Origin: Octopus vulgaris
Lineage: Eukaryota
Direction: 5' to 3'
Assembly: GCA_951406725.2 (NCBI GenBank)
Contig: OX597832.1
Span: 17,980,001-18,044,000, forward strand
Length of the DNA stretch: 64,000 nucleotides
A model generated the notes under the pieces. It had not been told where the DNA came from. It made no database searches and saw only the letters and a list, made by a program, of their open reading frames with translations. Positions 43,364 to 58,074 of this stretch are shown here, piece by piece. The first letter of the stretch is position 1, and each line of letters begins with the position of its first letter. The translations under genes were made by a program, and so were the position numbers.

Positions 43364-43597
43364 TTATTTTCTTATTGTCCACAAGGGGCTAATCATAGAG
43401 GAGACAAACAAGGACAGAAAAAGGGATTAAGTCGATTACATCGACCCCAGTGCGAAACTGGTACTTAATTTATCGACCGCGAAAGGATGAAAGGCAATGT
43501 CGACCTCGGCGGAATTCGAACTCAGAACGTAACGGCAGAAGAAATACCGCAAAGCATTTCGCCCGACGTGTTAACGTTTCTGCCAGCTCGCCGCCTT
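43364..43597 (-). mobile_element. SINE family B, full length
   Basis: Matches 7349-7581 along its length. Confidence 0.9.
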
Positions 43598-43640
43598 ATT
43601 GATATATATATAAATATAAATATTAATATATATATATATA

Positions 43641-43687
<47 letters not shown>

Positions 43688-45159
43688 TATATACATAAAC
43701 AGATAAATATCAGTGGTGTCTACATGAGTTGGTCAATCTCAGAGTCTTTTTATATATACTTTAAATTTAACACCTACCCATTTGTGTTTAACAACTTATT
43801 CCTTACCAGCGTCCTCCCAGCAGAAAACACTGTACACACAGTAACAACGTATGTTATATATAGCAGACACAACACACATACCCATACACAAGCACATACT
43901 TGCACACATATGTCAAGCATAAATACGCCAACGTGTATATATATGCTTTTTCTGAGATGAAATAAGTTTGATAGTAATATCAAAATATTGGAAAATATTG
44001 TACTTGATACTGTGGGATATGTTTTTAAAGTCATCTCCAGTGCAGATACTTACACCATCGCAGAGTATGAGATAATTATGTACACTCTTGGGAATCTATA
44101 TATTGCTGTATCTAATGTTCTCTTTGAATGCACTGTCTATCTTATTCATACTGTTCTTTTCTCTCCCTGGAGTTCCTGTAACCTCAGTATTGGAGAACTT
44201 GCAAAGAACTTTCGAATGATGGATAAAAAGTTTAGTGAAAAGCAATCGTAATATAAGAGAAGAAAATATAATAACGGCTGGGAAAAGATGTGTATATTAA
44301 GGACAAAATATTCGAGATGGAGTAAATGTTTAACAGGGAAGGGTAAATTAAAATTACATGGATGATAATGCCCTTCTTCAAATGCCTAATCGACACTTAT
44401 CGAAGTGCCTGCATTTCCTTACAATCTCTGATTCGTAAAATAATATCTGCATTCTCAATAATTTTGAGGCGTAAAAATTTGTCTCAATCAATACTTCAGT
44501 AGGTTCTTTTATTCTCTTTGATTTCTCAAGGATTGTCCACTTCGCACAGCAATCCCAAATATTTTACAAACTCATGCACACTTCGATTGCAACATACTTT
44601 GCATAAAATTGCAACATTCTGTGCGTTCTATGAACACTTAAATACATTGTTATATGGATATGTGTGCATCATGTGCGCATGTGTTGGTGCCTGTGTCTGT
44701 GAGCGTATGGTTCTCTGTATACAATAAGCTATCGTGTACCGATCAGTTGTAGTAATACTATTACTTTGCCACATAATTTTTCCATATTTAAAAATTATTT
44801 GAAGCAATACTGAAAAAAATGTGACAGATGCCGTAATCCCTGAGATTGGACAAACTATGTACACAATATATTAAAAGAATGAAATGACGTATTTCAGTGT
44901 CAATAAATATAAATTATACAAATTACATATAATAAAACGCAATTTCTTACATATTTTACTACAATCTCACAGAATTTAGCGAAAATAGGAACATTCACCG
45001 AACCCATGAAATGACAAGATAAAGAAGTAATAAAATATGTGAATCGGAAACGGAATTGAAATGAAAATATGAAATCCGGCATTTACACTGAACCGACGTT
45101 GATTTTGCATTTCATCATCTTCTCCTTAATAATATGGTTTACCATTTTGTCAAAATGGC

Positions 45160-45744
45160 AATTATCATCATCGTCATCATCATCATCATCATCGTCGTCG
45201 TCGTCGTCGTCATTTTCATCATCATTATCACCATCATCATTGTCGTCGACGTCGTTATTTTCTTCATCATCATCATCATCGTCGTCGTCATCATCGTCGT
45301 TTTCACCACCACCACCACTACCACCACCATCATCATGATCACTATCATCCTGATCATCCTCATCATCATCCTCATTCTCATCGTCATCATCATCATCATT
45401 CTCATCGTCTTCATCAACATCATCATCATCATCATCATCTTCATAATCACCATCATCATCATTGTGGTCGTCGTCGTCAGTTTCATCATCATCGTCGTCG
45501 TCGTTGTCACCACCGCGCCAAAAACTCCACCACCTCCATCATCATGATAAGGATCATGATCATCATCATCACCATCATCATCTTCATGATCATGATCATC
45601 ATCATCATCATTGTTGTCGTCATCGTCATTTTCATCATCATTATCATCATGAACATCAGCATCGTCGTCGAAGTCGTCGTCGTCGTCGCTGTCACCACCA
45701 CCACAACCACTTTCACCACCACCACCATCACCATCATGATCAGG

Positions 45745-45797
<53 letters not shown>

Positions 45798-45800
45798 TAG
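45160..45800. repeat. Degenerate (CAT)n/(CGT)n/(CAC)n microsatellite
   Basis: Direct reading of the sequence. Confidence 0.93.
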
Positions 45801-46223
45801 CATCACAATAGTTGCAGTGTAGAATCTTGTTGATTAAGTACATTAGCGGCTAGAATATATATTGTTTATCGAATCAATGAATTTTATGTTTTAAGCTTCA
45901 GCAGAAAAGAAAGTGATGAAATCTTGGAAAATATTAAATAAAAACGGTTATAAAAATATATAAATTTGCAATCAATTATATTGCTGATAATTACTTAAAT
46001 TAGCTTGTTGTCTACCAACACATACACACATAGCTACAATAAAATATATACAGGAATGCATTAACGTACGTATTTATACATATATAAATATATGTATATA
46101 TGTGTGTATGTGTGCGTGTTTGTGTATGTGTATACATTTGTTGTGTGTGTCTTTGCATTGAGTGTGCGTTTGTATGTGACTGAGTTTGTTTATATATACA
46201 AAGACAGTTTAATATATATATAT

Positions 46224-46260
<37 letters not shown>

Positions 46261-46262
46261 CA

Positions 46263-46597
46263 GAGGTGGGGGCGCAATGGCCCAGTGGTGAGGGCAGCGT
46301 CCTTACGGTCGGAGGATCGCGGTTTCGATTCCCAGACCGGGCGTTTTTATTGACCCTGTGTGTTTATTGAGCGAAAACACCTAAAGCTCCACGATCTCTG
46401 GCAGGGTGGTGGTGGTGGCAATCCCTGTTGTACTCTTTCGTCCCAAATTTCTCTCACTCTTTCTTCCTGTTTTTTTCAGTAACGCTGCGATGGACTAGCG
46501 TCCCGTCCAGCTGGGAGGGAACACATACGCCATAGAAACCTGGAAAACGGGCCGATGAGGCTGGCTAGTCTTGAAAAGGGGACATAAATAAATAAAA
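46263..46597 (+). mobile_element. tRNA-derived SINE family D (V-SINE-like 3' part)
   Basis: A box tggcccagtgg, B box ggtttcgattccc, and ctgcgatggactagcgtcccgtccag...agaaacc resembling the V-SINE body as I recall it. A-rich tail. Confidence 0.7.
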
Positions 46598-48133
46598 ATC
46601 TACAAATATATACAGAGAGCGAAAGAGACAGACAGTAACAGACAGTTATAAATGTAATTCCCAACAGCATAACTCCCAGTTTTGTTCCGCAGCTGTAATT
46701 TTGGCCTATTCCTAGATTTACTACCTTTCAATATTAAGTCGAGTGTTCAATGGTTATGTGGTCGTAATATTTTGTGAGAGAGGGACCACTCGCTCTGAAT
46801 TTATAATGTCCATTACGTCTGGTAACTTCTGAACTCCTTGGTAATCTGTCAGTTCAAACCTGAAGTACAAGCTAAACACATTGCATTAAGCACTTTTTAA
46901 ATAGAAACGAACATGTAAACAACACACATATACACACAGAGAAACTTTTGAAAGCCATAATGATATATAAAGAAGATTGTAGAAAATGTTGATTCGTACC
47001 ACAGCTCTACAAAAAAATATAAATTTGATAATACAATTGGAATGTCCTCTCTGGTCAGGAACATCTATAGGGACTTATAGATTTTTTTGTGTCAGGAATT
47101 GTACATATGTCACACAAATGTGTTAGTATATACAAGCGTAGATTATTTCCTTTAAGAGAAAATGCCTCTAGATTCATTCCATATTAATATTGCGGATTAG
47201 CCATCTACAAAATGAAACAACTAAGAAGAAAAGCGATTTTCATCTATTCGTTGAAGTGCCTGCTTTGAATGTGACGTAGAGAAGAAATTAACTAAAAGTG
47301 TTGGGCATTTGGAGAGACGCGAAAAGACGGGCGTCAAACAAGGTCAATGATTTTAAATGCCTTTCCGGTATATCTTAGGGATCGATGGCTAAGAGGAGCG
47401 AAAGAATAAGACCCACGATAAGCACAGTCAAATATACAGATTTGCGCGCGCAAACACACACAGACAAGAGAAATAGACACTGGTTCGAATATAGAGAACA
47501 GTTGTTTCGAGAATCATTTATCAGATTAAGAAAAACTAGTGAGAATAACCGAGTTTCTTTTCGTAACGCTGTTTAAATTGTCATCGTACAAATGTTGTCT
47601 ATATTTAAATTTAATTACGCTGGAATCAAGATTTCCTCCTAGACAACAACACAACCACCAACACCAGCACAAATATGAACCACGCCGCCAACCAAAGACT
47701 TCAGCAACAATCAGTATCTCAGTAACCATCATCATCAACAAAGATATTACCGATATCACCACCAACAATACCATCGACATACGAACAATTTTAACCGTTT
47801 CTTTTCGTCCTCCTTATGTACTTGATCGATTCTTCCCTTGTTTTCCTTTTTCTTCTTCATTCCCTGCATTCTTCCTCGGTCTTCTTTCCTTCCTTTCATA
47901 CTATCTTTCTCCTTTCTTGCTGTCTTTCTTTCTTTACCCCTTTCTTTCTTTTTTCGTTCTTTCATTCTTTCTTTCTTTGTTTCCTTCTCTCTGTTTTTCG
48001 TAATTCTTCTTAATATTGTTTCTCCCTTCTCCCTTCCACTAATGCCTCTGTTGCAAAGATATTACCAGTAAGAAAGTATAAAATATAAATGAGCTCTCTA
48101 CGAATATATTATTATTAATATTATTATTATTAT

Positions 48134-48207
<74 letters not shown>

Positions 48208-48982
48208 AGCAGCAAGTAATTAATATATATATATACATATGACTATGTGCCTCTGTATGTATGTATGTAAGTATGTATGTATGTATGCATGTATGTATAT
48301 ATATATATACAGACGCACTTATACATACACACAAACACGCGTACACACACATACACGCAAATACACGCAAATAAGTGATAACAAGAAACTAGATTGTATG
48401 TATTACAAATTAAATTACTAAACAGATAACGAAAAACGACTATAAACAAAAGTATAAAAAATGGCAACTCACTAAAGAAAAAAAATTACACCAAATCTAA
48501 AATACAACAAAACAAAACAAAGAAAAAACACAGAAAAAACACAAAATGTTGGCGACATAGGGTTAGATTAATTTTAACGTTTGCTGATATTCTTATGAAT
48601 ATCTAATGCTGTTTAAACCCTTCGGATCACTTGGATTAAAGAATACACAGTGACAAGAAACTGAATAGTATTGTTCGTTAATGCATGCATGTTTATGCAC
48701 GTGTAAGCTGGTATAAGTGACTAATTATATATCTGTTTTGCATAAACACCGCTATGTGTGTTTGCGTGTCCGTGTGCTGAGATGTATGTACATATGTACA
48801 TATATAAATGTGTGTGTGCGTCTGTGTGTGTGTGTACATACATATACATACACACACACACAAACACATATATATATATATATACCAATGGATGCACGTA
48901 TGTGCCAACAGATGCACACACACGTACGCACACACATCCACCTGCCTGTTGTCTATCAATCAGTCTATCTATTTATCCATTC

Positions 48983-49042
<60 letters not shown>

Positions 49043-49682
49043 ACCTATCTATCTATCTACCTATCTATCTATCTATACACCTATCTACATATCTGTTTAT
49101 CTATTTATCAATGAATGAATCAATCAATCAATATATATATATATATATATACATGTGTGTGTGTGTATGTGTCTGCGTATGTGTATGTGTGTGTATATAT
49201 ATATCCGTGTCTCTGGAGTGTACGATCGTCTGTCCACCATTCTCTCTATTTCTTTATTAGTGTGTCTCTCTACGTATACATTTATGTAAAATAGTGTGAA
49301 TGTATGTATATATATGAATGTGTATGAAAAATTACATATGTGTATGTATATGTGTGTGTGTGTGTGTGCGTGTGTGTGTTTGTGTGTGTGCGTGCCTATG
49401 AGTAAAAACGGGAGAGATAGATAGAGAGAGAGAATTTTAGGTAAAAACAAGTATAGAGAAAGTGAGACAAAACCTGACAATGTGAGTTGGAGAAGTGGGG
49501 GGGTCAATTTTTCGCTCGTGTGCACGCGACCACTGTTTGTTGACACGTATTTCAGACGATCTTTGAGAGTTTGTGTGATACAGGGAACCAGAAAGAAAAG
49601 TGAAAATACGTTAGGAGACGGAAAGGATATTGAATGTGTGTGCATGCATGTTTGTTTTTGTAAATACACAAACACACACACG

Positions 49683-49713
<31 letters not shown>

Positions 49714-50001
49714 ACTCATATACTCACATACACACAGGGACATACACACAAACACATACACATACACACAAACATATACACATACATGATAATATATATA
49801 TGTATGTGTGTATGTGTGAGTATATGTTTATATATGTATACAAACACATATACACGTATATGTACATATATAATGTATGTATAAATATACATATACATAT
49901 ATATTTATATATATACATGTATATACACGTAGACACACACATATATACACATACATAGACATACATGCACATATATATATATATGTATGTATGTATATAT
50001 A

Positions 50002-50090
<89 letters not shown>

Positions 50091-50645
50091 TTGAGTGTGT
50101 GTGTGTGTGAGTGTCCAATGTTTACAGTGTACGGTGGGACGAAATAGAATGAGTGAACTATTCAATTTGAAGTGTTGATTTAGAACAGATTTGAGAAGAG
50201 GCGAAGTAGGGGAGTGGGTCGTCTTAGACACCCTGTAGAACAATAGGGCAATTTCGTTAACTCAAGAAAGGGCTCTTATTCCTGTACAGAAACACCAACA
50301 AACGTACTTGCGCCCTCGCCGTTGTCCTTGATGTCACCCTCGAAGTCGTCGCTGTCATCACCACCACCATCACCATCACCATCACCATCACCATCATCGC
50401 CACCGTCATTATCATCGATATTAACATCATCATCACCATTTCTAGTGCCATTTACATCACCACCATCATCACCACCAACAGCATCAACAGCAACAACACC
50501 GACAAGAACAACAGCAACAAAATCTACAACAACCCCGAAAACAGTAACACTACGACGAATAATAATAATGCAACTAGGGATGAAGACCCTTAGGTGAATA
50601 AACAGCCTCTTAATGAACATCAACAACTCCTGCCGCTGCTACTAC

Positions 50646-50797
<152 letters not shown>

Positions 50798-52859
50798 ATC
50801 GTTGTTGTTGCTTTTGTTGTTCTTAAGCAAGCATAGTGACTTTGAATATTAAATGTCCGTAATTTGGGGTTTGTCCTTATTGAAAGTCTGTCAACTTATG
50901 TAGTTTCGCCTGTGACTAATCTGGATACATCTGTTGTTAAATACGGCATCTATTCTATAGTATTCTGTATCACCGACATCGAACTTTACAAATTATTAGG
51001 ACAAGAAACCTAAAAAAATCTAAAATCTGAAAAAAAAAAAAAAAAGTAAAGGAGGCATTCCCCCTTTTTGCTATTCTATTTGGTTAACATCATTGATATT
51101 ATGTCGATGATGTCAGTTATTTCCGCTTATCCAACAAATATAGTGTATCTTGCCAGTATTCATGTTTCCTTTTATACTTTAATATTTTCTGTAAATTTAT
51201 GTACAGTGTGGGCCAAACGCCACTTACGAAAACCTTTTTTTTGAAATCTGCAATATCTATTAAATGATTTTCATCTTCGTGCGTGACATTTGGCTCAACC
51301 TGTATTTTAAGATTAAACCATCCGCCTTAGGTCAAGACGGGAATGATACTCCATAATATCATATTTTGCTTCTTAGTTTACGAACTGACGATTTTCAAAA
51401 GCGCAGTCTATGTAAAGATTATTTAAATCCCGTTGTCCTTGTTAAGATTTGACAAATCCTGTATCAGCCCAAACATATATAACTTACACTCGAAAACTTA
51501 TGGGAAATGTTGCTATGAATTTAACATTTGCCCAATCACTTAACATCTGAAATCTATTGGACGCTATCCAGATCAACAACGTCATAGTTATAAGCCGCTT
51601 GATTAGCGACACTGCAAGAGGGCAAAAATCAGAATAATTTAATATTTCAAGACCAAAGACACCTTATTAATAAATTTCATCTGAGAGAGGAGAGGAAAAA
51701 TGACAAAACTAAATGGCATGAAAATAAAGATTATATCAATATTTAATTTCGTTCTTTCCGTACAGTGTGAACGTCTGAGAAGATTTCTCAAATCCTCGAT
51801 AATTTACCAAACATCGCCGTATTCTATTTCGTTTTCCATTACACAGCAAACAATAAAATAAACATGCATTTAAAGCATTAACCTATTCGTATTTGATATG
51901 TTGACGAACTAAGATAAATGATACAAATGTAATCCTCTGTAAAACATGCGCCTTAATACCAGTAGACAGTTATTGAATTTAAAATGTAAAACAAAGCCTC
52001 AGGTGTTATATATCGCGTCTAGAAAATTCACAGTGAGAAATTTCACCGTAAACGGACACTCACAGTGCGACACTTTCTTCGTAAGTACAATTATATCAAC
52101 ATGTTAAAAAAAGAAAACAAGGTTTTAGAAAAGCATTAAATAGGCAATTGACTGGGGACGCGTGACTTAGTGCTTAGGGTAATCAGATCACCATTTGATT
52201 CCCGGCGACACGTTCTCACGTTGCTCAAGTTTGCTGGCAACATTTTCCCGTCTTATATGCTGTTGTTACTGTTATACTGCTGTCGAAATTTACTTCCTTG
52301 TTTGTAAAATACCAAGTTTGTTTATAAAATGCTCTCGCATTCAAAAATCTATGATTATTTAACCTTAAATGTGAGGGTAATGGTCAGCGAGTGGTAAAGA
52401 TCTAGGCAGTGTAAATGTGGTGAACGGATCGAGTCTCGAAACCACTTGCTAAGGGATATCTTTCCGTCTTTTAAGGGTAAAATATCGAATCTTCCTGCTT
52501 TTATCACAGCTACACTGCGTTCGAAATTTAGTTTCTTCTGTGTAACATACCAAACACAATCGACGATTTCAAAGGATCTTTATAAAATGTTGTATTCCCA
52601 AAAAATATTGCTATGTAACTTTATAATTGGGGGTAATTGTCGTCAGCGGGACGTTTAGCTAAATGATAGCATACTCATCCAGTATCTGAGGGATACGGGT
52701 TTAAGTCCTGTGGCTGTCTGCTGGCAAATTCGCCCCGTCTTTCTGTTGTTTTCAATTTCGGACGCTATAGAAGCGTTCGAAATTTACTCACTTGCCTGTA
52801 AAATAACAACAACAACAATAATAATAAGAAGAAGAATAAAAAATAATATTCTCCCCTCT

Positions 52860-53068
52860 GTCCGGCATTCGACATGATCGATCGCTAGCCACTAAACGTT
52901 TTCCTTTTATTTCTATTTTCTCTTCCTGTTTATTTCTGTGTTCCTTTCTGTCGAAGAGCGTAGGCTCGAAACGTAAAAGATATTCTCTCTTCCCGAGCTT
53001 TTAACTAATACATCTGTTTGCTGTTTACACACCCGTCTTCGTCTTTTGATTTTTTTTCTAAATTCTCA

Positions 53069-53070
<2 letters not shown>
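52860..53070 (+). mobile_element. ~200-bp dispersed element with a minimal HHR motif, ending at (TA)n (PLE pseudo-LTR-like)
   Basis: Copies at 21972-22122 (+) and 54915-55112 (-). Confidence 0.75.
52944..52979 (+). ncRNA. Minimal type I hammerhead motif (U at position 6, extra A after A9)
   Basis: CTTT-CTGTCGAA-GAGC gtag GCTC-GAAACGT-A-AAAG. Stem I CTTT/AAAG, stem II 4 bp, palindromic ACGT stem III, GUA triplet. Confidence 0.6.
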
Positions 53071-53160
<90 letters not shown>

Positions 53161-53165
<5 letters not shown>

Positions 53166-53793
53166 TCAATTTAGGGTAGCAAAAAATTCAATAGAAATTT
53201 ATCGCCACCAGCGGTCTAGTGGGAAAGAGAAAATAGTCAAAGACTATATATATAAATTCAACAACAATTAAGGAATGGCCTTAATAGGCCATTCGGCCCA
53301 CTAGAAGAAGCAGCCAGGACTCAAACCGCTAAGTAGTAGTAATTCAGAAATTCTCTTTCCCACTAGACCGCTGGTAGCGATAAATTTCTATTGAATTTTT
53401 TGCTACCCTAAATTGATTAATTGATGATTTTCTGACTAATTCTGAGATTGAATCTGCAGTTTATATTTGCTGCTGATAAGTTGGCGCGAATACGATGGTT
53501 TTGAAAATTTTAGGGCACATATTCCGAGGGCATTGATACAGATGCCTCGTGTATATCCGTCTCTCCTGGTTTCTTTACCGATGAGGTGTAAACCTTTGGT
53601 AGATTGACTTAATTTAATTTAATTAAGCTGGTTTGCCATAAAAAATACCGAAACGATGCATCGTCTAAAGACGAATTAGGGTAAATGTTTTTAAATTTTC
53701 ATTTAATTTCTGAATTACTACTACTTAGCGGTTTGAGTCCTGGCTGCTTCTTCTAGTGGGCCGAATGGCCTATTAAGGCCATTCCTTAATTGT

Positions 53794-53796
<3 letters not shown>
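53161..53796 (+). mobile_element. Young HHR-bearing retroelement (PLE pseudo-LTR or non-LTR retrozyme-like) with an inverted 5' flank, inserted in (TA)n
   Basis: 53161-53231 is the reverse complement of 53351-53421 (1 mismatch). 53261-53352 is the reverse complement of 53705-53796 (identical). HHR inside. Confidence 0.8.
53572..53671 (+). ncRNA. Type I hammerhead ribozyme (U4C variant) with a long stem II
   Basis: TCTTTA-CCGATGA-GGTGT...ATACC-GAA-ACGATGCATCGT-C-TAAAGA. Stem I is 6 bp, stem III is a 12-nt perfect palindrome, and the GUC triplet predicts a cut after 53665. Confidence 0.75.
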
Positions 53797-53846
<50 letters not shown>

Positions 53847-53883
53847 CGGCGTACGTACACTTTGTTTCTTATATATATATATC

Positions 53884-53914
<31 letters not shown>

Positions 53915-54224
53915 ATACTTTCTAGTGAGGTGCGGTTACTTAGGGCAACATGACATAAAGGGAAATAAGCCCATACGCACGTATGGTGTTATACACACAT
54001 ACATATAAAATTTGCAAAAATAAATCAGTAAAACATCTCTGCTGAGATCTCCCGAGAGATGTCAGAGGTAGCTGCGTTTATTGTATCTAACGATCCATCT
54101 CATTTAAACAATCGGAAAGCAACTGGAATAAATAGAAATGCGATAAAATTATAAAAATCGAACATAAAGCGACGAACATAAAAGACATTAGACAGACACC
54201 AGAAAATCAACAATAACAAAACAG

Positions 54225-54348
<124 letters not shown>

Positions 54349-54914
54349 AAATGGAAAGCTTTTGAAACCCATGTACTGAAGGATTTTTGCCATTATGTAT
54401 TCGGCTCACAGCAATTAGACATGAAAACATGACCGTAATAATATTTATGGCAATAAATGTAATAAAATATATAAAAAAAATAAATCAAAGACTGAGTATT
54501 TGTAATAACGTTAATAGCAAAAAACAATGATAGTAGTAGCAGTAATAATAATAGTAATAATAGTAGCAATAATGATATGTTATTGGTGATAATAATAATA
54601 GTTTTAAGCTTGTTTTCCTGCCTTTGTTTCGACGTTGTCAACTACATTAAAACAACCATTACCGATAGGTTAGACACCTCATCAATATCAAAAAAGTAAC
54701 CAGAATCACAAGCTTACACTAACGCAAACATAAGCACATCATTTACACACACATACACATACACACACACACGAATACACATAGGAGCACACGAATACAT
54801 GTATATATATATACATATATATATTTGTGTGTGTGAATGCAAGTCTTTATGTACGTATATATGCATATATGAATTCATTCAAACAAATACACACATACCT
54901 ATCTACATACATAG

Positions 54915-55112
54915 GGAGATCTCACGAAAAAATAATACAAAAGAGGAAGACAGGTGGTGTACAAAACAAACAGATGTATTAGTATAACGCTCAGGATTTG
55001 AAGAAGTATTTTACGTTTCGATCCTACGCTCTTCTATAGAAAGGGACACAGAAAAAAAGGAGTGAAACAAGGAGAGAAAAAACGTGTGTAGTGACTAGCG
55101 TTCTATCATGAT
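54915..55112 (-). mobile_element. Minus-strand copy of the 52860-53070 element with a degenerate HHR (55008-55043)
   Basis: Reverse complement reads ccctttctatagaagagcgtaggatcgaaacgtaaaa...ctaatacatctgtttg...gtcttcctcttttg. Confidence 0.75.
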
Positions 55113-56322
55113 ACATACATACATACATACATACATACATACATACATACATACATACATACGCAGACTCATTCATGTGTATATCTTGAAATATATGTAA
55201 TATCGAATGAGATGTAAAATGTTGTTCTCTACCCGGCCACATCCGAACGCCACATCTGCGGTAAAGTTTAAAGGTGTGCTAATTATTCCTCGAAAGCAAT
55301 GTTATTTTAACCTAGCCAACACGTTTTAGGAGCATCTTCTGTACAACCAATGGAGGCTCATGGCTTAGTGGTTGGGAAACCGAGCGCATGAGCCAGGCTA
55401 GGCTTTAAAAAGGAGCATTTACTTTTTATTTATTTACAGTGTGCTATAGTACAATCTATAGAACTTTAGCGAACAGTCCGTATAACGATGACTGAGAACT
55501 GTTAATCCGTACAATGCGTTCGGAGAGAAACAGAGGGGAGAGTTCTATGTACATATCGACAGCTAATTGATCGTTAGGAACTCTGTACCACCTTTAGTAT
55601 CCACACACGTATTGCATATAAAACCAGTAATATCGCGTGGGAAAGTAAACTAGTTTTACCAAATTGCATGTTTAACGCGTTCTTCGAAGTGACACAGAAT
55701 GTTATATTATGCGTGTGTTATATTGTCTGTTTGCTTGCTATTATATGCTAGTTATTTTTTATTCTTGTAGTGATACGTTTTTGAAACAACATTAAACACC
55801 ATGAAAATATACATGGTCAGAGATCCGAGTTTAATAAAACCTCAATGGTTGAGTTGCAAATGATGTTTAATGCTAGTTTCACCTCATCAGTGACGCACAA
55901 CTCTTTCAACTCCTTCACCGTAGTAATGTCTATTTTAAGCAAGACATCTTGTTTAAAAAAGACATGACTGCAAGAAATCCCTGTCTTTCTGTACGATACA
56001 AAATTGTATAGAAACATCTGTTATAAAAAGTTTAATTTATTTTAATATCCTATCTCGTTCATTTACATAAATATTGAATAAATTGCTGAACTGTGTTAAC
56101 TTTTAAACTGTGTTAAATAAGTTAAATCATATACTTTATATTTTCATATGTAAGTTTTCATGCTTGCACTAATTTACACTAGTAAATTCCAAAGTAAAGT
56201 TTGAAGAAACAAAGTTAGAAATCTTTCGATATTAATCCAATTTGAGGGACCAAAACAACGTTTAAAAATATATAGATATAAAACTATATATTATATATAT
56301 CCACACGCACACACACACACAC

Positions 56323-56393
<71 letters not shown>

Positions 56394-56528
56394 TGTGCAT
56401 ATATATATATATGTATGTATATATATATAAATATATATATATATGTATATATGTATATATACATATATACATATATATATGTACATATATATATATATAT
56501 ATATATGCATATATACATATATACATAT

Positions 56529-56666
<138 letters not shown>

Positions 56667-57419
56667 TTATATATATGTTTTTGCCTACTGATATTGTTTT
56701 ATATTCTTTTCATCCACACTCTCCAACCGTTTACTTCATTCTAGACCTATATCTCTTCCGGTCTTATCTTCCAGTCTATGGCTTCCCTCAATCTTTCCCT
56801 TCCTCACTCACTCCCTTTCTTCTTCCATATCTTTCCTGCCATTCCCTTTTCATTTTTTTCTTTTTCTTATACTTACTTTTCTTCGTCGTTTCCGCCATTT
56901 TCAATCCCATTTCACATTTACTATTTCTCTTCCCAACGTCCTGTCGCTTTTCTTTCTGTCATATACTTAAAATGATCGATACAAGTATATAAGAACTTGA
57001 TTGATATGCCATCGAGTTTACGCATATTCATACAAATCATTCTCACAAACAAATACATGTATACACACACACGTACATAAATATATATATATATATATAT
57101 ACACGTACATATACATATATATACATATATATGCCTATGTATTTATACATATACAAAAGGACACTCAAGTGCACTCATGCATATAACAGTATGTGTGTAT
57201 ATATAGGTCTATATACATATATTCATAAATACATGTATGAGTGTGTGTGTGTTTGTGTGGGTAGATGTATGTGAATATATTATTATCTATCTATCTATAT
57301 TTATTTATATCACTATCTATTCAGCCATCCACTCATCCATCCATCCATCCATCCATCCATCATATATCTGTATATGTATGTATGTTTGTATGTCTATTGT
57401 ATGCCTGCATGCATGTATA

Positions 57420-57522
<103 letters not shown>

Positions 57523-57549
57523 CATACATACATACATACATACATACAT

Positions 57550-57580
<31 letters not shown>

Positions 57581-57805
57581 TACATATATATATATATCTG
57601 CTTTCTACATTCGGTGATTGCTTTCTTTCGCTGTTACCATTGTAGTAAGCCATCTGTAAATCTTCATTTTCCTGTCTCTCAACGGGTTACAAAACATATA
57701 CAAACTTTTAGCGTATTTACTGAAAACCAAATCTTCGCATGCTTAGAATATCATATAAGTATTTACAGATTCACAAATTCTCAATTTTGCAGTTTGCATC
57801 CATAA

Positions 57806-57865
<60 letters not shown>

Positions 57866-58074
57866 ATCTGTGTGTGTGTTTGTGTGTGTATGTGTGTTCG
57901 AGTCTGCGTGTGCATTCGACTGTGCGGGCGCGTATGTGAGTGTAAGCGATTGTGCGGGGGTGATGTACATATAAATTCACAATTGTGATTGTGTATACAC
58001 ACAAAACACATACACACAACCACCACCGCCTCCACACACACAAACATATATGTATATCACATGCATACATACAG

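Noticed and set aside
46269-46345. tRNA-like heads of SINEs (also about 2170-2241 and 27229-27300)
   Set aside because: A and B boxes are present but there is no complete cloverleaf, and each is followed by a SINE body. Not tRNA genes.
46754-46859. Minus-strand exon-like frame FELTDYQGVQKLPDVMDIINSERVVPLSQNITTT*
   Set aside because: Plausible acceptor only; no homology recognised.
55636-55643. CGTGGGAA, a Su(H)/CSL consensus site
   Set aside because: A single 8-mer, about chance expectation in 64 kb, with no paired site.
55876-55890. Minus-strand CTGATGAGGTGAAAC
   Set aside because: No stem II possible and no stem I.
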